Source: the human T2T-CHM13v2.0 reference genome, Homo sapiens
DNA: 64,000 nt
Direction: 5' to 3' (one strand)
NCBI RefSeq assembly: GCF_009914755.1
Contig: NC_060927.1
In this document: in pieces, positions 15,257 through 33,825 of the stretch
Layout of the letters: every line of letters starts with the position of its first letter
Numbering within the stretch: the first letter of the stretch is position 1
The notes under the pieces: model-generated
The model's database searches: none
Told to the model about the DNA's origin: nothing
What the model saw: the letters and a program-made list of their open reading frames with translations, nothing else
Made by a program: the position numbers and the translations under genes

Positions 15257-16539
15257 AGGAGATTTTATGAAAGATATGTTTTTATTGTCTAGATGGTTGA
15301 CTGTGTTTTGTGGTATAATTTTATGGTGTATATTACTTGCTATATTTAAAAATATGGACTCGTTTTTTATTTTTTTAATTTTCCACATATATATTACTTA
15401 CTCAATGAACTGCAATGCCAAGTCAATGATGACTGTATGTATTAACTGTTAGCATGATGGCATTGTCAGTAAGAAAGATATTATCAGCCTCTGGCCAGTC
15501 CCTCAAGACTGCTTTTAAAATCTGTCAGGCTAAAGGCAGGAAACCATTTTGTTTGCTGTACAGAATTCCAGCAATCGCTGACTGTGCACTGGCAGCGTTG
15601 TGTGTGCTGGCATTGGCCTTCCCTCTTGGGTACAATGTTTTGAGCATTGCTGCCATTTAAATTCTTGAAATAGAATGGATCAGTTCCAAGTGGCATGATT
15701 GGTACAGGCAGTGCAAGTTTATTAGAGAGACTGAGGTTTGCCCTTGATCCCGAAAGAACTGTTACTTAAGTCTTAAAAAAATCTTTATGTTGTATGAGAG
15801 CAAGTGGTCTATGGCATCCATTTTATGCTGATAATACTGCAATGACAAAATGCAAAATGTGGTAGCATGAACACAGAATGCATGCTTTAACCTAGCCACA
15901 TAAAGCTTAACATGCTGCTGCTAGCAAAGTAAAACAAAGCTAGATCTATACTTTTATAACTATGTTCATATTTAGGCAATTTAATATTGAGTGCTTTATA
16001 TGAATTTGACACATCTCTATTATGTGAAAACTATCATCTTGCCAATATAGTTTTTAATCTATATTGAGATGCTTACTTTTGGCACAAGATGGCACTTTAA
16101 CTTCAGAGATTCAATGTAATCTCAATCAGTTTTCTCATTGCAAATGGAAAATATTCAGTAATTCATCCTTTGAAAACAGAAACCAGAGCTAGAAACAGGC
16201 AAAGATAAGCAGAGAACAATTTTGTAATAGATAAGTTGTTTACATTATGATGCAAGCGAGGGTGAATGGTGGAGGTGTGAGGGCAATTGCTGCAATAATC
16301 TTTTGTTTAATGAGTTTGAAAATTAGAAATTTGAAAATTATTTATTTTACATGTGAGCAAAGTACACCTCCAGAAGTATTTTTCATTTTAAAACTCATAG
16401 AGTTTCTCATCAATTTCATTTTCTTGAGTCATGTCTAAGATATTGTATTGTGACTCAGAAAATCTCACAATTGTTTGTATCATGTTACCTCACAAGTTAC
16501 TTATAGTCTTATTGCTTCCATTACTACTGTTGCTGCTGC

Positions 16540-16542
<3 letters not shown>

Positions 16543-16590
<48 letters not shown>
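16543..16590 (+). repeat. (GT)n microsatellite
   Basis: About 24 GT units, preceded by a short (TGC)n. Confidence 0.95.
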
Positions 16591-16594
<4 letters not shown>

Positions 16595-17331
16595 ACTGTT
16601 TTCAAGGAGTGACAATACTGGTCCCTAGTTGATTCCTTTGGGAATTGACTGTTCTCGTTTACGTGCATCGTAAAGTTTCTGTATCAGTGCACCCTATTAC
16701 TGGATATCTCCATTGTCTAGTGCTATTTAGGCATCCTCTTGGGAAAGAGCATTGAGTGGTGCTGAATTTAAGATGCATGAGCTTGTCAGAGTCACTCTTG
16801 CCCTTCTCACTTTCATACTTAGCTGAAAGCATTGTTAACTCATGGCATTCCTTGTTCTTCATTTTACTGAATGATTTTAGACTCGATATTTAAAATTATT
16901 GGAACAAATTTGGACTACCTCTACACCTGCTAATATTCATGATTGCTAAACCGTTATAAGGAAGGAAATAGTAAAGAAAAAAGGTTAAATAATCTAGCAT
17001 AATTGAACTTTTTATGAACTATATACATACTTTGCTTCATTGTTTTTAAGAAGCACATAAAATAAAAGTATAGTAGAATCACAGATTGGAATTATTTAAG
17101 GGCATGTAATAATCACAATGACATCTTTTATTCATATGGTGAATACATGTTTACTGAGCATTTTTATATATACTCTTTCTTTTCTAAAACAAATATATTA
17201 AATCTTTTATTAAATGAATGGAAATTGTATCCCGGTTTCCTCATTTATATGTGTGTACAAAATTTCTGTCCTATCTGCCTCAGACAGTTTTTTTTTCTGT
17301 CTTTTTGTTAACTTCACACCCACAGTTGTGA

Positions 17332-17730
<399 letters not shown>

Positions 17731-20700
17731 TAGGGAAGATAGGCTTGAATGCTACACTCAAAACAAACTCATCTGCAACAGAGCCCATCACACCACAGGA
17801 CTGTTCTGTCAACAGTTGCTGCTCAGTGCTTATCATATTGGGATGGGCATGTGGAGTGATCCTAGAAGAAGCAGATACATTTGCCACCCTTCTTACCAGA
17901 AGACGACTCTCTCACACAGTCATTACTTCATGTTGCTCCCTTCCACATCTTTATTTCAGGGAGTACCATAGGGTTGGTAAAACAGTTGGGATCACGTGAC
18001 TGCATCCCAGCTTTAAGGGCATCTGGAAATGTAGCATTTTTCCCTTACAAAAGCACAATGTGGAAAATGTCAGTATACATAGAAATGGTTCAATGGGCAG
18101 GTGGCTAAAATGTTTTTTTGTTCTGCTGTTTCAGAAACAGAATTCAGAAATTGGAACTCAGAAATTTTGAGGTTCAGTTTTTATAAAGAACATCCTATCA
18201 GCCCTGAAATTGCTAATATACTCAAAATTATAATATTTTAATATTTAAATTATCTGCATTGTTAAGATCTCTTGGGAAATCTCAGCACTAACTAGGATTA
18301 TTACTATGTATTAGAAATATTCATTTTAAAATGAGAAACCTGAGTTTCATTTTAGTAGAGATGTGCTTATTATGTATCCCTAAGGCTAGAAAAATTTTTG
18401 GCACAAAGGCAAAATCAGTTGGCTCTAGCAGCAGCACAAAAAATAATAATTAAAAAAAGCAAACTTCTTGCCAAAATTCTGGCCTTAGTATTTCAGAAGG
18501 AAGTATTATTTGAAAGAAATAATCATTTGTTATTGGATCTTATATGGAGAAAAATGGCCTATAGTCCCATAAATTTCTAACTGAAACACTCCTCAGTGCT
18601 ACTTACCAATTTTGGTTGATTATATGTAAATCTTAAATTGTTGCAATCTCTTCTCACAATTTTTTTACGCCCTGCATAGAGGTGGGCACTGATATCTTCC
18701 CCTCCCTTCTGGGCTTTGCAAAGTCATGTTTTCTATTGCATTGCATTACTTTACTCTCGCTTCTATGGCTAGCATAAGAAGCATCACGAGAGTTATTTAA
18801 TTGATGTGGTCAGCCATTAGGCTTTTGTTAAAGTTATAAAACTCTATGGAGTGCATGTGTCTTTTGCAGATACCTCTAGCTCTGATTATTTCTTAAATAG
18901 TGAAGTTCATTACTGGCAGAAACCGAATGAAAAAAATAATGGAAAACGAGATGTTCTGATTCATGAAGTTGGAGAGGAAGTAGAAATAGTTCAGAATACA
19001 TAAAAAAGCCTCACGGATTAGAACCAGGGCTTTAGTACTACCAGAAATGTTTTTCTTTTTCTGTCTTCACTCCTATTAATTTTGTATACAGTCTCTATCC
19101 ACATGGCAGAAACAATGATAATTGGCAAATCCAGTTTTCTATCACTCAAGTAAGTAGTTCTAGAGATAAAATGGTGTTTTACTCCTGGCAAGCATATTTC
19201 CAGACTTAGAGAACAATATGATTGAACATATTGGGGTTACCTGTCAATAGATTGATAACAATTATCAGCAGTCTAGGGCATTAGAATTTCTGAGCTTGAA
19301 TCAGAAACCAGCTTTATATTCTGGGGAAGAGATTGCTCTGACCGACAACCACACTAGGACCACAAACAATCGATAAACTCTTCCCAAAAGAAAGGGTTAT
19401 TGTTCAGAACACAAAGAGTAAGAGACCACTAGGTTACCCAGTTTTCTGCCCTACAGTCTTCTCATTCTGTAGACACTGATGAGTATTCTATTTTGCTCAT
19501 ACCCTTTAATCTCTCCAAGTTTCACGAGCCTGAAACACTAAATAATATTATAGCAATACTCAACATTTTAGTGACTCCAAACTTTTGTCAGCTCAGCAAA
19601 CATTTGAATATTTTAATAGTTTTCTGAAAAGTGTTTATAAAGTGTTTACAAAGGAGAGAAGCCATATGAATTACAGTAATAGAATACCCACTATATGAAA
19701 GAGAACATCAGCAGTAAGGAGAATTAATTCTACAAGAGCTGTTGTATTTCTTCAGTATCTAAGTATTAATGAGTTTACAGTAAATGTATGGATAATCATT
19801 TTATTATTCCTTTTTCCACAAACAACTATAAGATTAGGTAAGGCCTCCTTGTTTACATTCCCAGAGTACTGTTTTAATGATTACATCCAAAGAAGATGGA
19901 GAAAACTTGTAGTAAATAGTACTTACATTATAGTAATTAGTAATTAATTAGTTCTTAAATTAGTAAGTACTGTGATGTCCCCACCTACTCCCCAGCTGTA
20001 TGAGGCTGATCAAATGCAATATTTAATAGTATTAAGGTGCAAAATGAAGTTTAAAAATAGATAAGTCATTGTATTATTCTCCCTTACCTGTAGTAGTGTG
20101 AAAAACTTCTCATAAATGTATCTTAGGCTTGGGGTCCTATAATCTAGAAATAGGGAAACGGTGAAAGAAAAAAAATTGAATTAATTCTAAATGCCCAGAT
20201 AATATACGATGGCCTTAAAACTTTGGGAATATCCCACAGAGCAAAGACTGTGTAGCTCTCTGAGATGAACCTAAGTAATTTCTATCTATTCAACAAGGGT
20301 TTAGATGGTTTCAGTGCTGATGTTTGACATGGAGATTATAGGCAGTCTCAGATTATTCAAGGAATAAAGCTTCTGGATTTCATCTCTAGAATTCAGTAGG
20401 GTTTCTTTCTGGGGAGGAGTCTAAAAGTATTTTTTCTATACACATTTGCTAGATATAAGCCCTCATCAGCCTCACTTGTCTGCAAAAGCCATTTAGACAA
20501 ATACAGATATAGAATATTCCAAGGTATTAGTGTTCAGTGGTTGTTTAACATCTCAAAAATATTGATTGAATTATAATTACATCTAGTATATTTAATCATT
20601 TTTTTGTTCATAAGAAGCTCATAAATAATGCATAGACAATAATTAATGAGACATATCACAGTATTTTCTGTGATCATTTTCTTCCATGACAACCTGGCAC

Positions 20701-21107
20701 ATAATCTTACAGGTCACATTTATAACTCTCTGTGTTCCTTGTCCATGTGTCTCTATCAGCCACTTCCTTATAACACATATTTTTAAATTATTTGTATAAA
20801 GGTAGTAGTAGATGTTTATATGTTTAGGAGGCAAACATGAATTCAAAGTTTGCATTGAAAACTTGTAGGCTTCTGTTAGACATTTAAGAGCCAGACATTG
20901 TGCCATGTTTACCACTGAATTTTTACCACATAACATCTAGTTTATATTAAAGTTTTAGTCAACATTTATTAAATAAATAAAAAAAACAAATATTTATTTC
21001 TTTGTCAACAATAAAATCATAGGCATACTCAGAGTCACCCATAATGGGCTCATTTTGCTTCTTCGTATTCTTTGGAAACTCATTATAGACACAGTGTCCA
21101 AGATTGT

Positions 21108-24055
<2,948 letters not shown>

Positions 24056-24469
24056 AGCATCCAAGTTTTTTACTGGGACAGCCATGTAGGCACTTTGGTT
24101 ATCATGCAGCAAAATTCTAGACTCCCAGAAGGAGATTAAGTGTTGCATAAATCATGCCATTTTTATAAAAAGTTTATTCACAGTGATACACTCTCATCAA
24201 TTAGAGAAAGTTTTATATCAGTGTCGTTAACTTTACCAGTCCAGTTCTCAGATGGAAACCAAGGGCCAACTTTGAAGCAGACTTTTTCAATGATAGTTTC
24301 TCAGGCCTGCTGTGTTAGCTTTTTTCTGCACACAGGTTCTGTCTCTTCCAAGCTTGCAACTTCATTAATTTATTTTCTGTTATGTTGGAATATATGGATT
24401 TGTCCTCAATTATTTTTTTTCTTATTACTATCATCACCGTTTCTATTATTTCTAAAAGATAACATTTAG

Positions 24470-24610
24470 TTACAGGGTGTATTTTGGGTAATTAAAATCT
24501 TCCAGAATTAGTGGTGAGAGCTGTACAACTTTGTGACTATACTACAAATGACTGAATGTTACACCTTAAGAGGTCATTTTTAAGGTATATCAATTATATC
24601 TTAAAGAAAA
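24470..24610 (+). mobile_element. Old L1M 3'-end fragment
   Basis: 'gtggtgagagctgtacaactttgtgactatac…caattatatc' resembles the L1MB/ME 3' terminus. Confidence 0.6.
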
Positions 24611-25199
24611 TTTAATGTATTTTTTCAGATCTATTTGAAAGTTTTCTTTTTTTTTAAAGATATTTGTTTAAATAGTGCTTTTCTCATAACAATATCATTC
24701 CCTTGGCTCCAAGCTAAATACAATTTTCCAGATTAAAATTTTTCATGGAGAGGGGCATTCATAAAATCTTCACAGTAGTGGTATGGTGGTAACTTTTTGT
24801 GGATTGTATTTTATACTGTGCAAATGAAGTTTATGTATATTATTTAACTTTATCCCTCACAACAATTCTTTTTGCTCATTAGGCAATTGGATAATCAAAA
24901 ATATAATATTTGTATTTATTAATGCTATAATTTGTTCAAAGGACATGACTAGAAGTTTGTCATTTAAAGAGATTTGTCATTTAGAAGACCTTAGTGCAAA
25001 GTCTTCTAAGTATGATGTCAGGAGATATCTCAAGCTCTGCACAGATTTGTATGAATCGCTTTGAAAAAGATTAGAACTTTTCCAGGTAGGTACAAAGAAC
25101 AGATTACCCAGTCTCCTGAAAATGACACAATGCATTCTCTCATTTAAGGTTTTAATTGCATACTGAACTGTCTTCATACTTACTAGTAGCTCAAAATAA

Positions 25200-25630
25200 T
25201 AACCATTTTATATTTTTCTGTATATTTTGTGGGCAAGGAAATTGGGATAAGTCCAAATGGATTATAGTTCTTCCCCATGTAGCATGGCAGATATAATTTG
25301 GTGCTATTCAGCTAACAACTGAGCTCATCTAGTGGGTCCCTGCCAGTTTCGCTCAAATGCCTGGTATCTTGTTGGGGATAGAAGAAATGTGTGCCACAGA
25401 TTACTCTATCATGGTAGAAAGACATTTTAAATGGTGGCTCAAAGCTCCAAAAGACCAAAGCAGAATCTGTTGTTACCCTAAAAGGCAGGGCCACGAGCTT
25501 CACAGCAGTAGTTTACTTATTATACTCTGCTATTGAAGGCAGTTACCAGCCAGCCTAGACTCAAGAACAGCCACCACCTTTCAATGCAAGAAGTGTCAAA
25601 AAAATGCGTGGTCATGTTAAATCCACATAA
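25200..25630. mobile_element. Probable MLT1 (ERVL-MaLR) LTR remnant
   Basis: 'ccagccagcctagactcaag…ccacctttcaatg…gtggtcatgttaa' resembles MLT1 termini. Confidence 0.45.
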
Positions 25631-27507
25631 TTTCTCGCAGATGATTTTGTGATTTTATGCTTGCTTTTATGGTGCGGACCCGATGACTAGCTCTTCAGAC
25701 CTTCAGCAGTAGCCTGTGACTTGATAACCTAGGAATTTGCTTGCATATCTTAGGTGAGTAACAGGATAAGACAACATAAAATTGGCCAGGAAATCCCCTG
25801 GGTAATTGCTAAAATAAACCTTTTAAACCTCTCACTTCTGCCCTTCGTTATTAAACACAAACATTTCTTATGAGGCATTCATACGAACCCATCAGTGAAA
25901 ATTTAGAATGAACAATTCAGTACATTCTGCCTGGTAGCTAGGCTAAATAATTAAAGGTTTATCAAAGATAAGGTCAGACATACTTACTGCTTCAAAAAGC
26001 TGTCCCCTTCCTAGTGAATGCAGGATTAGTTTAGCACACTGACCTCTTTGGAGCCCCAGAATACATGAAGCAAAGCTTTAATATATTTTAAAGGTGTGAG
26101 AAAAGTGGAGGGCAGAGATTTCAAATCCATGAAAATGAAAATTCCAGGCAAAAACAAAAACAGTAGGATTTAAGTTTTATGGTGTCTGGGGCAGGCATTT
26201 GTATAGAAAATTGTTCTGAAAGAGCAGCATGAGAAAGGAAGACAAACTTCATTTACTTTACACTTTTAACTAGGACATTCTCCAGCTAAAGAGTTGAAAG
26301 AAAACACCATGACTTAGTTTAAATATTTCCATGCTCCAATTTTTACACTTAATAAATGGGAATATGTTTAATTCTGCCTTACGTTAGGAGTCTCAAACAC
26401 TTTGGCATCGGTGAATATTGTTTAATTATTGATGTAACTGGTCTTTGACTATAAAATACTCTATGTGTTATTAAAATATTCCCAATATTGATTTGCTATG
26501 TAATTTATTTAATACTTATTGAACACTTACTTAGAGCAAGGCCTTGGAAAATTAAGTTTTAAAAAGCTTGAAGTTAGAAATTTAGAATGAATATAAGTTA
26601 GTGAAATAAATCAGTATCATTTTTTGTCCTTATCTTTCTTTTCATTTTTGGAACAGAATTAGACTTTTGTTGTTGTTGTTTTTATAAAGAGTGTTTTGAC
26701 CTTCTTCAAAAAGTTTCCAATCCATTAGAGAGATCCAGACTTCATGGCGGATACCTGGGACTATGAAATGTGCACTTGCCCAAGGTGACAGAATACTGTC
26801 ATGCAGTGTTTGTTGGCTTTTAAAAATAAACATTGTCATGTCCGAACAAGTGAAAAAAATAGCTACCCCTGCTGTACTTCCAGCTTCTTCTCTGTTTGCT
26901 GTCCAGAAGCTCTCTGCCTGAGGTTGAAACACTGAATGGTTCTCACATACGTCTAAATGCATTCCTTGCTGTGAAGCAGGATGGAAACTGGATGTTTCTT
27001 ATGGTCTAAATTTCCTTGCAATATTATGAACTTTTCTTTTCCTCCCAAAGGGCAAGATAAACAAAGTAAACAAAGAAATAAGGCACATCTTTTAGCATGC
27101 TCTGTATTGTAGACTTTAGTTTCTACCTCCTTCACTATGACTCTTAAGAATCTGTGACAATAGTCTTTCTTGAAAAGTTTTCTTGATATTCCAATCCAAG
27201 TTTTATTCACTCAGATTCTATTACAGTATTCGACTTCATGTTTCATGTACCACTCATAACAATATATTTATCTCCTCTATGTTCCAAATTCTTGGAGGCC
27301 ACTGAGTTATTTCATTTCAAAGTTTAGTTGTTGGTTATCCAGAAGACAGAGACACAGAGATAAGGTTCTCCAAAGAACCTTACTGCACATTTGAGAACCA
27401 TAGTTTCTAGGCTCAAATATCTCATTTGAGAACCACAGTTTCTGAGCTAAAAATATAAACACCTTTATAAAATAATCCAAAAATCTCTTCAAACACAAGA
27501 TTCATTA

Positions 27508-27547
27508 CACACACACACACAGAGAGAGAGGGAGACAGAGAGAGAGA
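27508..27547 (+). repeat. Compound (CA)n(GA)n microsatellite
   Basis: Read directly from the sequence. Confidence 0.85.
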
Positions 27548-30019
27548 AATAATGAAGCGTTAAAATTGTTAAAATCTCTCAATATGTGTAAAATCTAACA
27601 TCCGTTTAATACAATGATGAATAATTGATGCCACAAAAGATAAGGCTGAGGTTATTAAATGTCTAAAAAGTCTATAGATTATCTAGGTTCATTTGCATGA
27701 TTTCTAGTCCAAAAGAAAGGTAGGGTATATGTAACTAATTGTAAATCTTGAAAGTATAAATAATTTGCATTTAATTATTAATGTAACTGATCCTTGGCTA
27801 TTCAGTGTTGCTCTACACTGTTGCATCAAGAAAATTTCGAGGATATGAAGAGAAGAGATGGGAAAAACAGCAAGTTCTAATGGGAAAAGTACTGTAGGAT
27901 AAAAGTAGTACTGCTTCTCTCTGAACCCACTTTCCCTGTTCTCCTGAGCTACCCACATTTACAACAGTCAAGTTTCCAGGAGTGTCACAAAGTTCCAGTT
28001 CTATTTCAGGCATGTGTTAATATAAAAGAAATAGCTCTTTACAAGATCATGATCTTGTAAACCGTAGGTCACTATGGTTTCTGGAAACTGCAGACTCTCT
28101 ATCAACTGCAGTTAATACTGTTTATCAAGGAACCCAATCTAATATGAAACAAGAGGGGCTAGAAATTAGTTACAGACTCCCAGAGACAGAATCAGACAAA
28201 GTTAACAATATCCATCTGAGTTTCAGAATTACAAAAAGTTGGAAAATTTGTAGGTAGTCAAAAGATTCAAGGGTTAGGATGTCCAAAATTTATTCACTGA
28301 TTTAAAATAATTCTACAAATATTTATTTTGCTAGTCACTGTGCTAACTAAGCACTAAGGATAAAGTACTAACAAAAATGGTTTCTCCATTTAATTTTATA
28401 TTCTCATGGGAGACACAGGCACTGAAAATTCATATAAATAAATTACAACTTAAATATATGATATAAAACAAAAAATACAGCAAGCTACTTGAGGCTAAAA
28501 AGAGATATGTTTTCTTCCCCTTAGCTATGGAGCTGGGGAAGAGAAGGTAAAGCAGGACATGCTGCTAATGCTGTGAAATATCACAGATTCATTGCCTTTC
28601 AGGTGACAACCCCAAGACAGAGTGGTAGATGCCTGTTTCTCAACTGCATTTGCATAGTTCTTGTTGTGTCACCAACCAAGCCAGATTTCCTGGGGGCTGG
28701 AAAGTTGACTGGCTGACTACTGTGTATATCCACGGAGGACTTAAGACAGAGGAGAAAATTACATCACTGGTTGAATCCACAAATAAAATTTGAATTTCTC
28801 ATGGAGAAGATTTTTCCAAAGTGTAACATATGATTGCAGTGAAGAGTGAGTCTTTTGAAGCTTGTCATTTTTCCCAAACTGCTTCTTATATCCGCTTCCA
28901 TGTTTTTTTCTATTAGCACTACTCATTCCCAAGCTTATCTGTTTTTCTTATGTGCTTCTTTATTATTACCAATGAAAAATGACTTAGTAATATTTCTTAT
29001 GCATTCATAAAATATTCAAGTTTTGCTGCCATTAAAAATACCATGTAGATATTTTGGCCTTCTGTCAAAAGTTAATTTCCAAGACAATTTTAAGTACAAT
29101 ACAGCTGTTAAAACTGTTTAAATAGCCATCCTCACCCTTTTAAATTAATAGAAGACACTAGTCAGAATAGCATACTGCTGTTGTACATGATCTCAACATC
29201 TCTTTAAATTGGTGAAGAAATAGATTTGAGGCATTCTGTAATGTAACTAGGATATAGGTTAAAATTTTGAATAAAATGATGTTAAAATATGTATATTTCT
29301 CTTAATATTTAAAGTTTCAAAGTCCCCATCATTATACACTATGTTTTTATCCTTCTCTTCAGTACATGTGATTAACATTTCTAGCTGAAGTGGAAATAGG
29401 AAATTGTCATGGCTAAATTGCTTCTTGTTAATTCACTTTCCATTACAATGTGTGTAGTAAAATCTCAATGTGCTCAATCATTTCCAGGAACAAGAACCAC
29501 TTTATGTTTTTTGTTCATTCTCTTTAAAAGTTTTGATTTGATTAATCATAAGGTGCCTGAACATTCGTTCGAAAGCTGTGCCAAGTATCTTCAAAGTCAC
29601 TGGTGTGTAGAAATAAAATACACACTCTCAAGTTATTTTAAAACATAAAATGCTGACTTTAAAGGTTCTAATACTTCTGTGACATAAATGCTATTTGTAT
29701 CAGATGTAGGCATCTCTGAAACTCACCAATAAACATAGCTAGATTTCTATGTTGTAGAAACCATCTGAAATATACATTTAGGCTCTTAGGTATGAACCAT
29801 TAATATATTTGTTGTGGTTTAAACCTTTATAACTAAAATATTCATCCTGAAAAAATACTATTCCATTAAGAGCTAATCAGAATGCTTCTGCTTTAATTGT
29901 ATAATTAAGGTTCCTGTTTGATCCTTACACACATGCTCCTGGAGCTGTGCGGCACATGCTTCAGTTTGTCCAGCTTTATCAGCCCTGGCTCTACTTTTCT
30001 CACTTTTCTCACTCCAGCC

Positions 30020-30100
30020 TCATTAGCTAGGTGACTTTGGGCAAGTCTGTTAACCTCCGTGGACCTCAATTACATCTTCTATAACAGGAAGAAGTTGGAA
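30020..30100 (+). mobile_element. MIR fragment
   Basis: 'tagctaggtgactttgggcaagtctgttaacctccgtggacctcaatt' matches the MIR core. Confidence 0.7.
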
Positions 30101-30764
30101 TAGAAGCCATCTCAATTATAATCTAATACTGATGTTCTATGATGAATGGCAGCCTTTAGTTAATAGTGAAACTCTCTCAGTACTCTGATTCTAAACAATT
30201 ACTTTACTTAAGTTAATTTGAATAAAATGATCACAGCCTTACTGCATGTTAGCCTTGGCTGTATTTTTTAAGTATAGTTTCATAATATCTCAGTAAGATA
30301 TAAATTAGAAAACTTGGTAAACAACATTAGCTCATTCATTAAGGTAATATTTCAATATTCTGAATATAGAAAATGTAGAGTTCTCCAAGCTGAATAATTG
30401 GCATGCTCACATGAAACTAATGTATTCACATGAATAATAGGAGTTCTTTGTATCCCATTTGTTCACCCTACTCTACTCCAGAAGCTGAACAATAGAGCAA
30501 TACATTAAGGAGCTAAGTGACACCTAAAATATCCTGAGCACTTTGTTGTTCATAAAGCTGTATTTAAGAACTTTATTGGGCCCCAAGCTGAAGCTTCATG
30601 CATTTTCCCCTAAAATATCAACATTAGAACTTGCCAATAAGGGAATTCGGGTTCTTAAAGCTTAGCTAGCCAGACACAGGAAAATCATAACCTGTAATGA
30701 TCTGTCCTGCATTGAGAAAGAGACCTTTCTCAAGGAAGGCTCAGAATGAGGCAAGAGTATGGTG

Positions 30765-30840
30765 AGGGAGTGGGAGAGTGAGAGAGACAGAGACAAGGAG
30801 GGGAGGGGGAGAGAGAGAGAAGGAGAAAGAGAGAAAGAGA
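30765..30840 (+). repeat. GA-rich polypurine tract
   Basis: Imperfect (GA)n with G runs. Confidence 0.8.
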
Positions 30841-32503
30841 ATTGACCATGTTACAGACATAGAAATTGAGGCTCCGAGAATAAGAGACTTTCCTCATCAG
30901 AGTATTAAGAAGGTATAAGAATGGTCTGTTTAGTGCTAAATCTGGTCCCTTTCACTTCCACACTCTCTTGCTCTTGCAGGCACAAGACATAGATACATGT
31001 TGATGTGTACTTCACAGCCACTAAGTGAGCCTCCAATTTATACTTTGATGCTTCCTAATCCTTTATAAAGAGAAAAAATATATCAGTGTAAAACACAATC
31101 AAAGAATCAGAGTATAATTTTAGGACATATGGATACGTAAAGACATTACTCAAATAGAGTATGTTTAATTTTATTGAGCTTACGGTTTATGAAAAAAACA
31201 GAAAATGCATTTTGCAATAAATTTTCATGTGGGAATTTGGATATCAAGACTAATTTAAACCCTAGTTTGTCTTCTGATAAGCATCATTAGGCAATAAGTT
31301 AGAGACTCCTGAGCACTATAGCACCTTCATTAAAGGCATCCTTGAAGGTGGCCTTGCACTTTACATCTTCCACCCCAACTCCATTCCCCAACAAATTATT
31401 TAGCTGGAAAGCATACAATCTCTGATTGAAATTGTGACTAGACCAGTATGAGCCAGGCATGGGCTGACGCACAGTCCCAGTGATTTAACTGCTTTGTTGT
31501 GCAGTGCTGAACAAGCCCAGTAATAAGTTCTGACCGATTCTTTGGAAGGAAAAGTAGTTGCCCCAAGCGATAGAGCTCACTAGTAGGGGACACCAACTAT
31601 TTGCTTCACTAGGCTAACAGCCTCCCCTTTATCAAACTGAGGGTGGGGAGGCATACTGTGAGACCCTTACAAGCTGAAGATATGTATTTATGAAATCCTT
31701 TTAGTATGTAAATAGTGACTTTAAAGGACAGCCAAGATAAAATACATTTAAGTTGAATTGCTTTTCTCACTGAACAAAGTTGTGGAAATCTTGTCTCAGA
31801 AAAATGTCCCAGTAAATTTGTATTCATGAATACTTTTTTTACTTAATAATATTTACTTTTGTAAGTACTTAAATATATTATAATTTATTTATATAATATG
31901 TTTATATATTTAATTTAAATTTATATTAAATAGATTTATTATAAACTATCTTGAAACTGTGGATTAAATAGAACACCATTTAATTTTGACATTGGTTAAC
32001 CTGCATTGCAATATTACCTTGATATAATTTAGGAAGAGAATTATGGCATTATAATAAAATGACTGAGTTGAGTGACCATTAAGAGAAAGAGCAACAGGTG
32101 CAAAGAGGAAGAGTAAAAAAACCACCCATATTTGCATTAGACAGAAAAATTATCTGGTTTTAGTATTTGCTATTTTGTTTTGAAAAACATCTTAAGTCAT
32201 GACATCTTCATAAAAATTAAGAATGGTTTAAATAAAGGAGCTACAATAAGACGAAGGTAACATTCTCATTGGATGCCAAAGACAGCTTTAGGAAAAGTCT
32301 AGATTTTAATCAAAAAGATTGCATTTTAAGGAATACCTTGGAAGAGGGGCTCACTGTTGACTGAAAATGATGTGACCACTTTTACTGATAGGACCATTAA
32401 ATTCTCGCCATCAGTACTCATGATCCCTGCCTAGGTTATACTTTAATAGCATGAGCTTTTAGAAGTTTCACTTGTATGAAAAATAAAATTGGGAATAGAG
32501 TGA

Positions 32504-32816
<313 letters not shown>

Positions 32817-33118
32817 TTATGTTTTTCTTTTTAATCTAGAAGAGAAACAAACAAACAAAAAAAACTAGAATGTATGACTTCTTATTTTAGTAAACACTGA
32901 AAAATATTCTAGATATATAAACAGTTACTGGAAATCAAAACAATTTAACTATAGATAATATAAGGTTTTTAAATAATTTTCATTTTAGAGACAAAAAGTT
33001 ATATTTAAAAAAATACCTTTCTCAGAAAAAAATGTACTGATAATCTAATGCTCTGTTACAATATGAGTTAAGGTAAGATATATGCACAAATCAATATATT
33101 ATTTGGTATAAATTATAG

Positions 33119-33825
33119 TGTTAGAGTAGGTAGTTAGGTAGACATGAACAGGGCAGGAGAGGGCCCTCCCCGACCAACCAGGAATGTCAGGTGACCATCA
33201 GGTGAGGGTCAGGCAGCTGCTAAACTGTATCTCTAAAATAATAATAGCTTGCAGTCAGTGCCAGGGAAATGCAGCCTCCCAATAGATAGAAAACACCCAA
33301 AGCTGGTGATCAGCAGCTTCCCCATAAGATGTCAGGAGCTGAGTGAATGAGGTCAAGAATGTGTACTAAGAGGAAGAATGGCAGAATTTAACTGGTATAC
33401 GACTTTCCCCTAGGAACACTTGACTAGTAAGGGAAGAATGCCTCACATGAACATGTGTGCAACTTTGGGAAACACACCGCACATGTGGCCCCTCCCAAGT
33501 GCTGGCAGACCACTGCACACACAGACAGCCCACCCCAAGGGAAAAATCAGGGGAGAGATAACACAACCCTGGAAGCATGCCAACACACCAAACCCCAAGT
33601 CAAAGGTCAAACCACACAATTGAAACTCTCAAGTCATCCGCTTGGTCCACTTCCCAGTGTACTTTACTTACTTCTTGCCCTAAAAGCTTTTAATAAACTT
33701 TCACTTCTGCTCTAAAACTTGCCTCAGTCTCTCACTATGCCTCATGTCCCTTGGTCAAATTCTTTCTTTTGAGGAGTCAGGAACTGAGGTGCCTGCAGAC
33801 CCGTACAGACTTGCTTCTGCTAACA
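33119..33825 (+). mobile_element. ERV1 solo LTR (MER50-like)
   Basis: TGTTAG…CTAACA termini, 4-bp TSD ATAG (33115-33118 and 33826-33829), AATAAA near 33692; 707 bp. Confidence 0.85.
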
